Shown: piece by piece, positions 30,549 through 44,910 of the stretch
How positions within the stretch are numbered: the first letter of the stretch is position 1
Layout: each line of letters begins with the position of its first letter
NCBI GenBank assembly: GCA_965153355.1
Contig: OZ231126.1
Coordinates: 39,680,001 to 39,744,000 of the forward strand
DNA: 64,000 bases
Direction: 5' to 3'
DNA from: Flaccisagitta enflata
Taxonomy: Eukaryota
Made by a program: the position numbers and the translations under genes
The notes under the pieces: generated by a model
What the model was told of the DNA's origin: nothing
Seen by the model: the letters and a program-made list of their open reading frames with translations, nothing else
Databases searched by the model: none

Positions 30549-32211
30549 TGATACTTTTACTGTGAAAGAATAGATGCCAAAGTTTTTAATGCATGATACA
30601 CTGAATCCCTTTAAATACTTCTAATCCCGATTCATTCTGTGACTTGTCTAATTTAGGGTCTTTGGATCCATGCTTGTGGTCATCAGCTGCCGGGCGTACG
30701 ACTATGCAAGAGTAACATGCGATCTAAAGAAAAACTGTCTCGGCCGAACATCTCTATCCACGTTGGCATCCTCAAAGCACAAAAAAAAAAAAAAAAAAAA
30801 AATGGGCTCATTTCCCCGTAAATCAGTCTTTTCAGGGCAGTGTTACATTGAGTCTAAAGAATAACACATTTTCCGTTTTTCAAATTTGTGTTTGTTGGAA
30901 TTTTACCTATCTTCGTCACTTTCCATTTTCTAGTCTCAGTTTGTAACAATTGCGTTAAAAAGTGTTAGGATACATATCTTTACCAATTCTTCTATCCGGA
31001 TATGGTAACACCAGGTTCATTGTTGTCATGCTATTAGCTTGCTTTGCTATTTCTCTGATTGTCAGACTGATAAACATACTATTAATGTGTTTATGTACAC
31101 TTAACGATAGAAATGCTTTGTTCAACTCAGTATCAGTTTTCATAAAAATGTTTTACTTCTTTTGCCGTGTAAATGCCAGATAGACACTCTGATTCACCAA
31201 TCATGACATATAGAATTGCGTGCATACTGTAAATAGGAACAAGTGACGCGGGGTCACAATATTGTTGTAGATGGGTCCCCATGACACACACATTCAAACA
31301 CACAGACAATCACAACTGCAGCAAAAAAAATGCGCGTTTTTGCACGTTTTAACTCAATCTTCACGGACCAATGGACGGACTGACCGACCAATGGATGGAT
31401 GGACAAAGCCTCCTACAGATTTGCGTGTCTGCAATTTTAAACAATATTAACTTAACAATTTTGATGAGCACATTATTAGCTAATCAAGTTAAACAAACGG
31501 TGCTTGCATCTCCACCCATTAGTTTGATAGTTGTTGACGAAAAGCTCATTTGCATATTGCAGTAAATCGCAATTTCGTTTATTTACGCGTAGGATTAAAT
31601 TTAGAAGTAAAAAGTCCAGTTGTGAATGTCTAAGAATGCAATTGCCGATCGATTAGTACTATTCTTTTCAGGTTTGATTTTTAATTTTTTATTTCATTGA
31701 CATTTGCAGTTATATTTTTTGAGCTCTTTTCACCCCTCGGTTGAAAACGGCCCATGTTTATAGACTACAATTTTTGAGTCATCCGGACGCATGCACACCT
31801 TGACTTTATCAGTCCTGACCAGCCTGGGTTTTTGTTAAAATGCAGTTTTTTTGTGTCAAACATCTAGCAAAAGGGCTTAGGTCGTCGTATTACCTCTGAT
31901 ATGGGGGCTAGGACCCCGATTACACTCTCATGGGCTATTACTAGTATAAAGTATAAAAGTATAAACACCTTACTGCTGCTCTTGAAAAGCCATCGGGTTG
32001 AAGTTTCGAGGTGTCACTGTACTTTTGTTAGATCTGTAGGACTTCATTGTTGCATGATGTCGCTTCCAACGAGCGTTGCAAAAGCGCAAACGATTTTCAA
32101 AACAAAAGACGTGGCCATACAGGAGTAAGTTGTGTTTGGCATTGTCAAATGACCCAGATCGCTCGGGGATGTAGAGTGATAACCGTGACCGAGAGACCGA
32201 CCGACTTCAGT

Positions 32212-32703
32212 TTTTGGGCAGCGGCCCCGAAGGGCCGATGTCCTGTAAGACACAGGGGTGAATTTCCAGACGTCCGTACATCCGTATGTACGTACATACG
32301 TATGACCCTCCCGAATCTTCTCAAAACTCAAATTCCCATTGAATAACATGGGTAATTGAAAAAAATACAAACTTTCCATTGAATAACATGGGAAATTTAC
32401 AAAAAAGTAAAAAAATGCATGTTTCCCATTGAATAATATAAAATATTGATGGAAATTGAGAAAAATATAAGATTCCCATTGAATAACATAGTAAATTGAC
32501 GAGAAATTGAAAAAATGCAAAATTCCTATTGAATAACAGAAAGTTGCCACCAAGGCCTTAAATAGGCCCTCTCAGTATGTCTAGAAATTCAGGACATTGG
32601 CCCTTTGGGGCCACTGCCCTGCACTCACTCCAATTCTTCAGCTAATCATTCCAAGCAGGGCATCGGGCACCGCTGACCATGTGCGATCCTTGGATGTCTT
32701 GTT
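32212..32703 (+). mobile_element. HINE family 2 element (TTTTTGGGCAGCGGCCCC start) with internal ~40-bp TTCCCATTGAATAACA repeats
   Basis: 5' TTTTTGGGCAGCGGCCCCGAAGGGCCGATGTCC; inverted copy GGACATTGGCCCTTTGGGGCCACTGCCC near the 3' end; end ...ACCGCTGACCAT...CTTGTT. Confidence 0.6.
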
Positions 32704-32906
32704 TTATATGAGAATTAAATTTTTTTTCTGAAGCCTTCAAAATAGATAGAGATAGAGATAGAGATAGCTGCTAGAACATTAACTAGGACGTTCCTAATTT
32801 TAGAGCCATTTCAAGTCTTGATGATGTTCCTATAGATAGTATGGGGTAGCGAAAATTTTGTATCATGTCAATTATCATTTTCATGCGGAAATCCCTTCAT
32901 AAGCTA

Positions 32907-33506
32907 CAGTACGATGGGGGCAATGATAACCTAGACTGGAGGATAGATTTTAAGTACCTTAATTTTGTTTGTATCATAAAATATTTGAGATCTAGGGTAA
33001 TTAAAGGTTGCTTTATTAAGTGAAAATGTTTGCGTCTCTTAAACTTCAACTTGCGACTTGACCTTATCAAGACTTCATTTTTCATAGTTCTAACCTATCT
33101 CAATAGATCAGGTGGAAAATTTTTTAAGATTTTGAAAAAAAGATCAGCTCAATCGGTCAATTTTTACGGGTTTTATGGCCATTTTAAGTTTTGCCCAAAA
33201 ATTAATTTGCATAACTTTTGTTTATAAAACATAGCCATAAAATCTATAATAATAGTCCGATTGTGTTTATTTTTTTTTTTAAATTATATAAAATTTTTTG
33301 CCTGATCTAATGAAAATGGTTAGAACCATGAAAAATGAAGTCTTGATAAAGTAAAGTCAGAAGTTGAAGTTTAAGAGTCGCAAATGCATTCACTCAATAG
33401 AGCAACCTTTAACTAGCCTAGATCTCAAATATTTCATGATATAAATGAAATTAAGATACCTAAATTCTATCCTCCAGTCTAGGTCGTCATTGCTTCCATC
33501 TTACTG
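32907..33506. mobile_element. Tc1/pogo-type foldback MITE with ~220-bp TIRs
   Basis: TA|CAGTACGATGG...CCTAGACTGGAGGATAGA ... TCTATCCTCCAGTCTAGG...CCATCTTACTG|TA. Confidence 0.85.
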
Positions 33507-34296
33507 TATACATAATACTATTTGTAAAAAAAGATTTTAGCCATGACCCATTTTTAGTTGCGGACACGCAACTCTATAAGAGGCTTTGTCCGTCCGTCCG
33601 TCCGTCAGTCGGTCGGTCCGTTGGTCCGTCGGTGAGCACGAGTCGAAATGTGTAAAAACGCACATTTCCGCTCCTGCCCACCCGTCCGCAACTGGTGGCC
33701 GTGTATTCGGCCTTGTTCTACAAACCATGGTATTGTAGAAAAGATCGTTTTCTGCGCAAACCTATTTTCTGCAGTTCAAAACCGAATCTGCGGATTTCTT
33801 TATTTTCATGCTTTACCTTCCCTTAAAGAAATAATGATTACAGTGAGTTACATCGGAGAAAATTTCTAACAAAAACAGTTTCAGATAGCGGTTTTACTCC
33901 TCTACAATATATCTCGGAAACTCGATGAAACCTCAATTATAAATACCCATTCAATCAAGTCAAAATTGTGTTGATATTTGAATATTCATAGGTGAGGAGC
34001 ATGTCGTTTTTTCTGGCTTTTTTTTCTCACTGTAAGGCCACCTGCCCACAAGGAAGGTTTGTAAAGGTGTCTTTTTAAGTAAGTTCACTTATATCACTAA
34101 AAAATTTATAATGATTTTTGTATATAACCCTTGTTCCGCAAGCAGAAAATGTCAAAATCTAACTACAATATTTGAGCACTGTGACGGAGCTCAGGTTCGC
34201 TTGCTACTATAAACAAGGTGCCTATATAAGAAATGAAGGCCAGATCAAAGGCCAATAAGTACTCTTTTTTTAAGAACCTAGTTAAGTAGTTTTTAA

Positions 34297-34651
34297 CACC
34301 TCTCACATGATTAGGCGAACTAGTAAAATATTTCGAGTTGAAAGTAAAAATGCATTGAGTGGGCTGAAATTTGACAGGGAGGAAGCTCAGTTATAGCAAA
34401 AAGTAACAAAAAACCACTATCCAAAAAAAATTAGCAGTTGATTTGGAACTAACACCAACTTTGCACGTCCAATGGAAGTCTTCCATGATATCATTTTAAT
34501 AGCTATAATTACCTGTTGGTTTGTGATAGTTTGAATATTTTTTGCCAAACACCAAACCAAGTAACATGTTTCAAAATTATCAGAAGCTTTAACTCCTTTC
34601 TGAAATTCTAAACACATTCATGGACAGGTTCGCCTAATTTTGTGAGAGGTG
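34297..34651. mobile_element. piggyBac-like MITE; related copy at 43448-44249 (carrying a nested HINE)
   Basis: TTAA|CACCTCTCACATGATTAGGCGAAC ... GTTCGCCTAATTTTGTGAGAGGTG|TTTA. Confidence 0.7.
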
Positions 34652-35412
34652 TTTAGAACATCAAGGCTTCAAAATGCCCTAAAATTAAGAATGTTGTATT
34701 TATTTTATTAGTAGCTATGTTTATCTCTTTTGAAGGCTTCGAAAAAAATGACGTTCTTACAAAAACAAGGCCGGATACACGGCCACCAGTTGCGGACGGG
34801 TGGGCAGGGGCGGAAATGCGCGTTTTCCCACATTTCGACTCGATCAGTACGGACGGACGGACGGACGGGCGGATGGACGGACGGACGGACCGACGGACCG
34901 ACGGACAAGGCCTCTTATAGAGAGGGTAGTCGCTGGCGGGTGGGCATGGGCAGAAATGCAGTTCGATCAATAAGCAGCCTCGACTTTGCGAACGGGTGGC
35001 TAAGTGGGCCAATGTTGCAGTTGGAGTTTCAAAAGCAAGCGTTGACAAAGGTGCTATTGGAATGCAGTTCTAATTGGAGCGTAGTAGAATCAATGGAAAT
35101 GACAGTTAAAGCTGTTTTTAGTCACGAGCTACGCGACTCTACACCCCGCTTTGTTGGTCTGTCAGTCGGTTGGTCGGTCTATCCCCTCTTTACTTTTTTG
35201 GAGTTTTTAAGCTTTTTGGGCTCACAGCTCCTTCACATATGCCATTATATCTATAAGTCATCAGCCATTATTAGTCATTCTAAGTCATTTTACGTCATAT
35301 AGAGTTATATTAAGTCACTTAAGTCAATAGTCATTTAAGTCATTTTAGGTCAATTTAATTCATCTTAAGTAATTTATGTCCCGCACGCGACTTATAGGTG
35401 TTGGCCTTGTGT

Positions 35413-35509
<97 letters not shown>

Positions 35510-35589
35510 TCACTGTGGGAGTGGCAGTTGCAGTTGGACTAGAAGCCGAATTGGCAGGCCGAGTAGCAGTTGAAGACTTTAATAAGTAA

Positions 35590-36560
35590 AACGTGGATCG
35601 AATTCATTTACTGCCTCTCTTGACTGTAGCAAGGGATTCGACAAAATTAATCATAGTGGAATTTTCATCAAATTAATGCAGCGTAAAATTCCTTTTTGCT
35701 TCTTGAACATTCTTATATATTGGTACTCTAATCTGACGAGCACTGTTAAATGGAATGGTACGTATAGTCGGTCATTTATGGTACGTTCTGGAGTGCGTCA
35801 AGGTGGCGTTTTAAGCCCCCATTTGTTTACCATCTATGTTGACGACCTGATTGTTATACTTTGAAAACTCAAAGTAGGATGTCACATTCTTGATGATATT
35901 TTAGCGGCATTAGTATATGGACATGATTTTTAGTCGCGTGCATGCGACTACCCCTTGGTCTGTCGGTCGGTCCGTTGGTCGGTCCGTTCATCCCGTAACA
36001 TTTCTAAATTTTCTACGTTTTTCATCATTTTATAACATTTTTTAGCATTTTTAGACATTTTTTAACATTTTTTAACATTTTCTGACAGTTTTTGGGGTTT
36101 AAAATTTTTTAACCTTTTTTAACATTTTTCAATATTTTTTAACATTTTTGACATTTTTTAACATCTTTTAACATTTCTTAACATTTTTCAACATTTCTAA
36201 ACATTTTTTTGTCATTTCCAGACGCACGCGACTGTTGCCCTTTTGGGCTTGTTGTCTTTTAGCACCGTGCAGATCAGCTTTACAGCTACTTCTTGACACA
36301 TGTGTGAAATATGATAATAAGTGGTGTCTTTCATACAACCCCGGTAAAACTAAAGTAAAGTGATGCTTTTTGGAAAGATTACTTCTGCAAAAAGTGTTTC
36401 ATTGAAAATGTATTCTAAAGACTTAGATGTTGTAAAAGAGTACATATACCTTGGAGTTACTGTCGTTGGAGGTGATACGATTACTTTTTCTACACTAAAA
36501 CCTCTTATGCGATTCAGATGTTCTGCAAATACGATTTTGAATGCACCAACTATTGTATAG
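35590..36560 (+). pseudogene. Decayed non-LTR retrotransposon reverse transcriptase (RTEX/L2-like, clade tentative)
   Basis: LDCSKGFDKINH...GVRQGGVLSPHLFTIYVDDL, in-frame TGA at 35862, degenerate YADD (YGHD) split by a HINE at 35926-36252, then LLAPCRSALQLLLDTC...YNPGKT and EYIYLG after a frameshift. Confidence 0.88.
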
Positions 36561-38461
36561 TATAGAATGATGTATTTTTAGTATTAAATACAGTGAAGAA
36601 TGTATTTTGCATAAGAAATATAAGGTGTCTCTTACTGACATATTAACCATAGGATAGGATTAGTATCTTTATTTGATATAAACTGTGTAAAGATTTTTTA
36701 GTGTTATCTAATACGATGATATATAATTCCTTTTTAGAGCTCTTTTATACTTTGTAAAGTGATAAATTCTCATTAACAATAATTTTTTTAGATATTAATT
36801 TTGTTAAATATTTTTAGAACAAGGCCAACCCCTTACAGTCGCGTGCGATTGTTAAGACCATTAGACAAAAAGACTAAGAGACTAAAAGATTAGGAACTTA
36901 ATGAAAATTGACTTAAATAAACTTTGATTAACTCAAAATGACTTAAGATGACTTCAAATGCACTGCTCCGTATCTCCACCGTGTACTTCAAACTAGGAGA
37001 ACTGCCACTTTTATGACGGTTTCTGGTGGTCCAGCCCATGTGTGATCCATGGCAAATGAGTGCAAAAAAATTCCCAGAGCGCTTTTTGAAATATTCACAT
37101 TTTTTACCTTCATGAAGTACAGGTCATTGAATTTTCCCATTTTTTTGACAATCAACCTTGTTTTGCTTGTAACTTTTAAACGAATCGAGCTAAAAATGCC
37201 AGATTGGTCCCATTTTAAAGATCTTTTCAAGATCTTTCCACCTGTCACCAATTTTTTGTAAATCCGTCCAAAAATAACTGAGATATAACCTGTCAAACAT
37301 GAGCAATTTCATGGGGATTTTGGACAATTTTCCAGGTTATGGAATTTTTCCTATTTTGGGACAATTTACTTGTTTTGCTTGTAACTTTTAAACGAATCAA
37401 GCTAGAAATGCCAGATTGGTCCCATTTTAAAGATTTTTTGAAGCTCTTTCAAACCGTCACAAATTTTTTGTGAATCCGTTAAAAAATGACTTAGTTATGA
37501 CTTGTCAAACACGAGCAATTTCATAGTGATCTGGAGCAATTTTCCCACCACCTTTTTTGTAGTCTGATTTCAACTTTAGATACCTCCTTGGCTCCTCACA
37601 TCTGTATAAGAGCTGTTATGTGTATGTCAGTCCATCTGTCAGTCTGTCAGTCTGTCAGTCTGTCTGTTGGCCTTTCAATCTGTGACCCTTATGTTTAAGG
37701 CATTGATTATGGCCTCACTGTAAGGATATGAGCCTAAAGACACGGGCTTCAGGATTGAAATCTGGTCTTTAAGCAAAATCTTTGTAAATGAGAGGAAGCA
37801 TTATATCATTATAATAAAACTGAAAAAAATCTATAGGGGTTTGAGGTTTAATCTCCTATTCTTTTGATATACTCTTAGTTTCCACAAAATCAAGGCTAAG
37901 ACGCGATAGCAGTCCAAAGGTAGTAAGAGGTCAGCGGTACCAGTGCTCTGCTTGAGTGGTATGTGATTTAGGTTGAGGAGGAGTAGGTCAGTGGCCTCAT
38001 AAAGGAGACAAGTCCTTTAGAACACGGGGAATCTGTCCATCCATCTGTCTGTCCCTATATCTGCCTTTCTTCTATCCAGGATGCCCTAATTTTCCCCCTA
38101 ATTTCATCCATTCTTTTCGGGCAGCAGCCCTGGAGGGGCATATGACCTATGAGGGCAGGGCGATTCTTTTCCAGTATTATGTTTCCCCCCCCCGCCCTAA
38201 ATCCATCCTCTAAGATCCTAAATCAGGCCTCCCAGATCCTATTGCAGGCCTCCCAGACCCCAAATAAGGCCTTCCAGACCTTAAATCAGACCTCCCAGAC
38301 CCCAAATCAGGACTCAAGGACCTCATATCAGGCCTCCCAGACCCCAAATCAGGCCTCAGATCCCAAATTAGGCCTCCCAGAGCTCATATCAGGCCTCTCT
38401 GAGCCTGAATCCGGCCATTCGACCTCAGATTGAGCCTCCTAGATCCCAAATCAGGCCTTAA

Positions 38462-39617
38462 CACCCTGAGCAGGAAATTTGGCACAAGTCCAATAAAACA
38501 ATTGATAACTGTTCAAAATAGATAAAATCTGTCCAAAATATGGCTGGAATGCAAAAATATTGTTATTATAAATACGTAAGAGTCAATAGTCGCAAAAGCG
38601 TTAGATGGTCAGCGGTACCCGTGCCCTGCCTAAGTAGGTTGTGGTTGAAGTTGAGGGGGGAGCAGGGCAGCGGCCCCGAAGGGGTCGATGACCTATGCTT
38701 TCACACATATGGGGGATTTTCTCCTTCTCCTTCTCCTCCTCCTCCGTCCCTCCCCCTTCAAATCCCAGTCTCGAGGCCCAAATTCCAGTCTTGAGGCCCA
38801 AATCCCAGTCTTGAGGCCCACATCCCAGCCTCAAGGCCCAAATCCTAGCCTCAAGGCCCAAATCCTAGCCTGGAGGCTGAGATTTGGGCCTCAAGGCGTG
38901 GATCTTGGCCTCTTGGCTGAGATTTTGACATTGAGGCTGAGATTTGGGCCTCAAGACTGAATCTGGGCCTCCAGGCTAGGATTTGGGCCTTGAGGCTAGG
39001 ATTTGGGCCTTGAGGCTGGGATTTGGGCCTCAAGACTGGGATTTGGGCCTCAAGACTGGAATTTGGGCCTCGAGACTGGGATTTGAGGGGGGGGACGTAG
39101 GAGAAGGAGAAGGAGAAGGAGAAAATCCCCCATATGTGTGAAAGCATAGGTCATCGACCCCTTCGGGGCCGCTGCCCAAAAAGCAGTAAATATCAATTTA
39201 TATAAGCCGCAGATTTGACGATTTTGTCTTTGATCAAGCAAAAAGATAGATGATAACTTGTCAGTCGATTTTGCAGATTTTGGCGTGGATCCGGTGCTGC
39301 ACAGCATTGAGGGACTCAACTTAGTAACCCCCTGCATACACTGCTTGCTTCAGACCACCCCAGTAGTTCTAAAATGGCCTCAAGTATAAGTGTTTCCCTT
39401 CATCAAATTTTGCCGGTAAAAACCCATCAAAATCTAACACCGCATTTCTTGTTTGAAGCTTTCTATGGCAGAGAGTGGTCGCATGACTGATCAACGGCGC
39501 ATTCTTACGTCCAGTAGAGCTAGTCAGGAGGTTATGTTTCAAATTTCAACTCACTGGGCCATCTAGAAATATCGTTTTTGTGTCAATACGTTTGTGCCAA
39601 ATTTCCTGCACAGGGTG
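38462..39617. mobile_element. piggyBac-like MITE nested in a HINE family 2 copy (38114-39980)
   Basis: TTAA|CACCCTGAGCAGGAAATTTGGCACAA ... TTGTGCCAAATTTCCTGCACAGGGTG|TTAC; the host's 21-bp repeats resume on both sides. Confidence 0.7.
38585..39182 (-). mobile_element. Young HINE family 2 copy with ~210-bp near-perfect foldback arms and 20-bp internal repeats
   Basis: GGGCAGCGGCCCCGAAGGGGTCGATGACCTATGCTTTCACACATATGGGGGATTTT and its reverse complement; (CCTCAAGGCCCAAATCCCAG)-type repeats in both orientations. Confidence 0.75.
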
Positions 39618-40970
39618 TTACTTTAGACCTCTCAGACCCTAAATTAGGCCTCTCAGATCCTAAATCAGGCCTCCTTGACTCCAAATCAGGCATCTCAGAT
39701 CCTAAATCAGGCCTCTCAGACCTCAAATCAAGTCTCCCAGACCCTCAATCAGTTCCCAAGGCACGCATCTTTTACCAAGCCTACCAAACCCTAAATCAAA
39801 ATTATCAGACCTCAGAATCTCAGGCCTCTTAGGACATGATCAGATAAATCGCCCCGTGTGGAATCATAGGTCATCTGCCTCCCCAGGGCTAAGGTCCCAT
39901 TACCTCAACACATCAAAATCAAATAAAGTCAAGGAGGCATTGGGTACCGATGACCATGATGACGCCTGAGCAACCTGTTCTTAATCAAATCTATATGTCC
40001 GACTTTTGAGCTTAGATCAAAGGCACAATGTGTCATATGTGCCCCTGTTTCAGCCATCCTGGGCAGAATCAATGGACAGAAAGTTCCCCTATTCTCTACA
40101 GGATTTTATCTCCTTCTGGGCCACTGCCCAAAAACAAAGGTCTTGTGTTTTACAGGCTGCCCAAAAAGAATGAGTACACACGCCCAGCGCATGATGGTCA
40201 TTAGTCCCATTGACCATTGCCCGTAAAAGGAAAGGTACTATCTTCAGGAAATTCCCAGATCCCTAGATTGGCACAACTTTACTGTCAAAACTCCATGAAA
40301 ACTTGAACAATTTAAGTCTTTCAGCTTTGCGGAAGCAGCCCCGGAGGGGTCGATGACCCATGCTTTCACACATATAGGGAATTCCGGTTACGCCACCAAA
40401 TAGCGCTGATTCTACGGCAAAGGAATCCAAGGCAAAGGAATTCATGGCGAAGGAATCCATGGCGATACCAAGTAAATGGCGATGTACTATCTAGGAAATA
40501 AATATACGGACACCTAACCATGACTATAGCAGCTAAACTTCAGTATCTATCAAAACAATGAAAGCAGATCAACAAACTATGACAAAAAATCTTCCATTCA
40601 AGATCAAGCAGAGCATAGTAGCTCAATCTGTTTGCAAATAACTGCGTTTTTCAAAAAAAAACTGCTGTCATTTACCAAAATCTAGTTCAGAGGTTTTCTG
40701 TTCAAATCTATAAAGGACAACCTGCATTGAAAGAGCTCTCATATCTGAATGGATTGAGCAAAATCATTTTGCTTGGTCTCAATAGATCACATCTTTGACA
40801 ATATTTTTGTTGAAAAAATTGACGACTGCAGTCTCACATAATGCTCTGAAATTATCTGATGATAAAAGAAAACAAAAGTGATTCAATGATTTTTTGTTGC
40901 TTTTTGAGAAGCAAAGGCTTTACTGATTCAGATTGAAAAATCATTGACCAATCCCATGGAAAGTTGAAAC

Positions 40971-41302
40971 CAGGCCTGTATATAGTTGAGTATTCCCCCC
41001 CCCCCCCCGGTGGGGGGGGGAATAAAATCAAAAGGTTTGGAGATGGGGAAAAAAATCAAAAGCTAGAAAAGAAGAAAAAAGAAAATTTTTGAAGATTTAA
41101 CACTTTTGGTAGTTCCAAATGGCAGTATCTGATTACTACAACACAGTTTAACTCTATTTAAACCTATAACATACTGTTTTATTGCTTTGTGGGGAAAAGA
41201 ATCATTGATTTTGTAACGCAACGCGATGCGTTGTGGGGAAGAAAATCAAAGGCAGGGGGGGGGGGAATAAAATCAAAAGCCGCTCAACTTTATACACCCC
41301 TG
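40971..41302. mobile_element. hAT MITE (332 bp)
   Basis: GTTGAAAC|CAGGCCTGTATATAGTTGAG ... CTCAACTTTATACACCCCTG|GTTGAAAC; 8-bp TSD. Confidence 0.88.
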
Positions 41303-44300
41303 GTTGAAACAGAAGCACTTGATAGATCAAAATACCACATAATGACTAAAATTTTTTTCATTTGGGCATTGACTTCTTTTAGTAAGTGAAAAGGCTAACT
41401 TTTTTCCAACTGTCCATATATTTATTTCCTAGGTAGTACCCATAGGAGAATTCTCAGAACACTCGTTGCTTAGGTGAAGCTTATATTATCCTAGTCTTAA
41501 CCAGATTTGATTTTTTTTTCAAGATAATTTCTTTCTTAATTGAAAATTAAAAAAGTCTGTCACTCCTTAGGCTGAGAAGAGAAAAAAATACTCTACTGGA
41601 ATCCTCATTAGATAACCCATTCAAACAAGTATTTTGACCAGCCAAAGCAGGAAAAGAAATTAATCAAAGGTAAATAAAACAATTGAAAGAGTGAGGTTCA
41701 TTATTTCAGATGTATGGCGATGGAATAAATAGCACCCCCTATATAAGCTATAAAAAATAGAATTTTCTCCTCCCCCTTCTCCTCCATACGTCCACCCCCA
41801 AATCCTAGCCTTAGAGCTGAAATCTCAGTCTTCAGGCCCAAATCTCAGCCTCGAGGCCCAAATATCAGCCTGGAGGCCCAAATCTCAGCCTCAAGGCCCT
41901 AATGTCAGCCTTGAAGCCCAAACCCCAGCCTTGAGGCCTATACCTCAGCCTGGAGGCCCAAACCCCAGTCTTTATGCCAAAACTCCAGCCTCTAGGCTTA
42001 AATCCCAGCCTCTGTGCCCAAACCCCAGCCTCAAGGCCTAATCCCCTGCCCTGCTTCCTCCCACTTACAAAGATTTTGCCTTAAGACCAGATTTCAATCC
42101 TGAAGCCCTTGTCTTAAGGCTCGGATCCATACAGTGAGGGCTGTGAGGCCATAATCAAGGCCTTGAGTCTTAAAACATGACAAGGGTTTCAGATTGAAAG
42201 GCCAACAGACAGACTGACAGACCAACAAATGGTATGACATACACATAACAGCTCCTATACAGATGTGAGGACCCAAGGAGGTATCTAAAGTCAAAATCAG
42301 ACTGCAAAAAAGGTGGTGGGAAAATCGCTCAAGATCACCATGAAATTGCTCGTGTTTGACAAGTCATATCTCAGCCATTTTTTAAAGGATTCACAAAAAA
42401 TTTGTGACGGTTTGAAAGAGCTTCAAAAATTCTTTAAAATGGGACCAATCTGGCATTTCTAGCTTGATTCGTTTGAAAGTTACAAGCAAAACAAGTAAAT
42501 TGTTCCAAAAAAAGGAAAAATTCCAAAACCTGGAAAATTGTCCAAAATCCCCATGAAATTGCTCATGTTTGACAGGTTATATCTCAGTTATTTTTGGACG
42601 GATTTACAAAAAATTGGTGACAGGTGGAAAGAACTTGAAAAGATCTTTAAAATGGGACCAATCTGGCATTTTTAGCTCGATTCGTTTAAAAGTTACAAGC
42701 AAAACAAGGTTGATTGTCCAAAAAATGGGAAAATTCATTGACCTGTACTTCATGAAGGTAAAAAATGTGAATATTTTAAAAAGCGCTCTGGGAATTTTTT
42801 TGCACTCATTTGCCATGGATTACACATGGGCTGGACCACCAGAAACCGTCATAAAAGTGGCAGTTCTCCTAGTTTGAAGTACACGGTGGAGATACAGAGC
42901 AGTGAATGGCGTAAAATGATTGAGAAAAGCTATGGGTTACTGACTGATCAACAGACAGACAGACAGACCAACCGACAGATGGACAGAGTGGGTTAGAGTC
43001 ATGTGCACGTGACTAAAAACGGTTATATCTATTAGTATCAAAATCTTGAATATACTGAAGGTTCAGCTTCATTACAGCAAATCAAAAATTTTCTCTACAC
43101 TGAACTTTGAGATTCAATACAGATCAAAATCATTCTTAATTCAAAATTTTCACCGGTTTTTCTGAAATTCCAATAAAAAATGTCAAAAATTAGGTATATT
43201 TTTGGAAATTCACCAAATTTTTATTTTCGAGTCAGAAATCTCAGCCTGGAGCTTAGCACTGTGCTTAGATTTTCCCAATATCTGAGGCTGGGCGTGCTTA
43301 TAAACGAGGCGCTTATTAAAAAAAAGAAGTGTATAGTGAGGGATATTGTTACACCTATCATATAAAATGAGAAAAAATCCCTTCAACACACTACACATAT
43401 CGTGTTATATGCCTCCTCAAACTGGATTAGTTTGTCCTGAATCCTAACACCTCTCACATAATTAGGCGAACTGGAAAAAAGATCAAAATCGATACTAAAA
43501 ATGCGTTCATTAGGCTGAAATTTGACATAGAGGGAGCTCAAATATAGTACTTACACAAACCAGGGCAAAATAGAGCTCCCACTAAAATATGTGGCCCTCA
43601 GAAATTGTTATGCTAAAAACGCAGTGGAAGATTATGTCTGATTTTGACATGGAAGTTTTTAGTCGCGTGCTACGCGACTCTACAACCCGCTATGTTGGTC
43701 CGTCGGTCAGTTGGTTGGTTGGTCGGTTGGTTGGTTGGTTGGTCCCCTTTTTACTTTTTCGGCGTTTTTAAGCTTTTTGAGCATACCGCTCCTGCCCAGA
43801 TGCCCTGGTGACCCTCTCCAGCACTGCTCCTGCCCACCCGCACGTGACTAGGGTAGCCGTGTATCCGGCCTTGTTTATGATACAACAACTTATACTTGTT
43901 GAAATTCTGACTTGTAAAATGCTAAAGAGCTCCCATTCTTAGGTTCTTTTATTACAAGAAGGCAAATATGAGTCAACGGTACCAAGAGACAGTCAGTGAC
44001 AGCCACAAAAAGTGACAAAACCCCTTGTCAGTAAGGACGGCTTCATCAGTAATGTTGGAAATATTACAACCTTACATCTGTACATGCTTGATAAAGCCAT
44101 CATTAGCTGTCGGTTGAATTTCTTTTTTGTGGAACCATTGTTGAAATAATATATTTTTGAGCCATCATTCATATCAACTCCTACTATAAACTTTAAAACG
44201 CAATCATTGACATTTTCTAATTCCAGTTCGCCTAATTTTGTGAAATGTGTTATACATGTACGTGTTTCAAACAAGGCCAACACCTATAAGTCGCATGCGA

Positions 44301-44910
44301 GACTTACATATAAAATGACTTCAAATGACTTTAAATGAATTAGTATACTCTTAAATGACCTAAAATGACTAATAAGAATAAAATTGATAAAAGAAGTAAA
44401 AGTGTGACGGACCGACAGACCAACAGACCGACCAATGGATGGACGGTCGGATGGACTAAGTGGGGTATAGAGTTGTGTGCACGCGACTGAAAATACTTGA
44501 CATTTTCTCCCATGAGTGAATAAAGTTACCAAGTTCGACCATGCCAAATTGGATGACTCTTTCATTTCAATCCTTAAAGCTTCCGGCCCTCACTCTTTGT
44601 CACATTTCAAATTTGTCATACCCGTCTACGCTATCTCCTCCATCCCGGTGCCACAAGACAGAACTCATCAAATTTTGATACCAGTGAGCCATTTTTTTTT
44701 CTTTTTTTACAAGATGGCAGCAGAAATCATTCTCGTCCAACTCAAATTCATCTAAGCCTCTGATTTTTCCGAATTCTTTCATTCAATCATTTATTCATTC
44801 ATTCATTCATTCCTTAATTCATTCATTCATTCATTCATAATCTTTTCCGATCACTCTAAGCAGGGCACCGGATACCGCTGACCATGCGCAATCTTTGGAT
44901 GACCATTGAG

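Larger units (their letters stand above)
23118..31943 (+). mobile_element. hAT-superfamily (hATx/hATm-like) transposon, copy 2, apparently full-length (8826 bp) and potentially autonomous
   Basis: Imperfect TIRs of about 120 bp: left TAGTTATAGCCCATGAGGAGTGTA...CCATATCAGGGTAA vs reverse-complemented right TAGTAATAGCCCATGAGAGTGTA...CCATATCAGAGGTAA. TAG termini; intact spliced transposase. Confidence 0.82.
36961..42904. mobile_element. Non-autonomous Chapaev-like (CMC superfamily) element with ~840-bp TIRs (36961-37800 / 42052-42904)
   Basis: AATG|CACTGCTCCGTATCTCCACC ... GGTGGAGATACAGAGCAGTG|AATG: CAC..GTG termini and 4-bp TSD. It splits a HINE (36818-43019). No transposase ORF inside. Confidence 0.85.

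Noticed and set aside
36988-37296. 102-aa ORF duplicated at 42569-42877
   Set aside because: It lies in the two arms of a TIR, so conservation reflects the inverted repeat; no protein motif.
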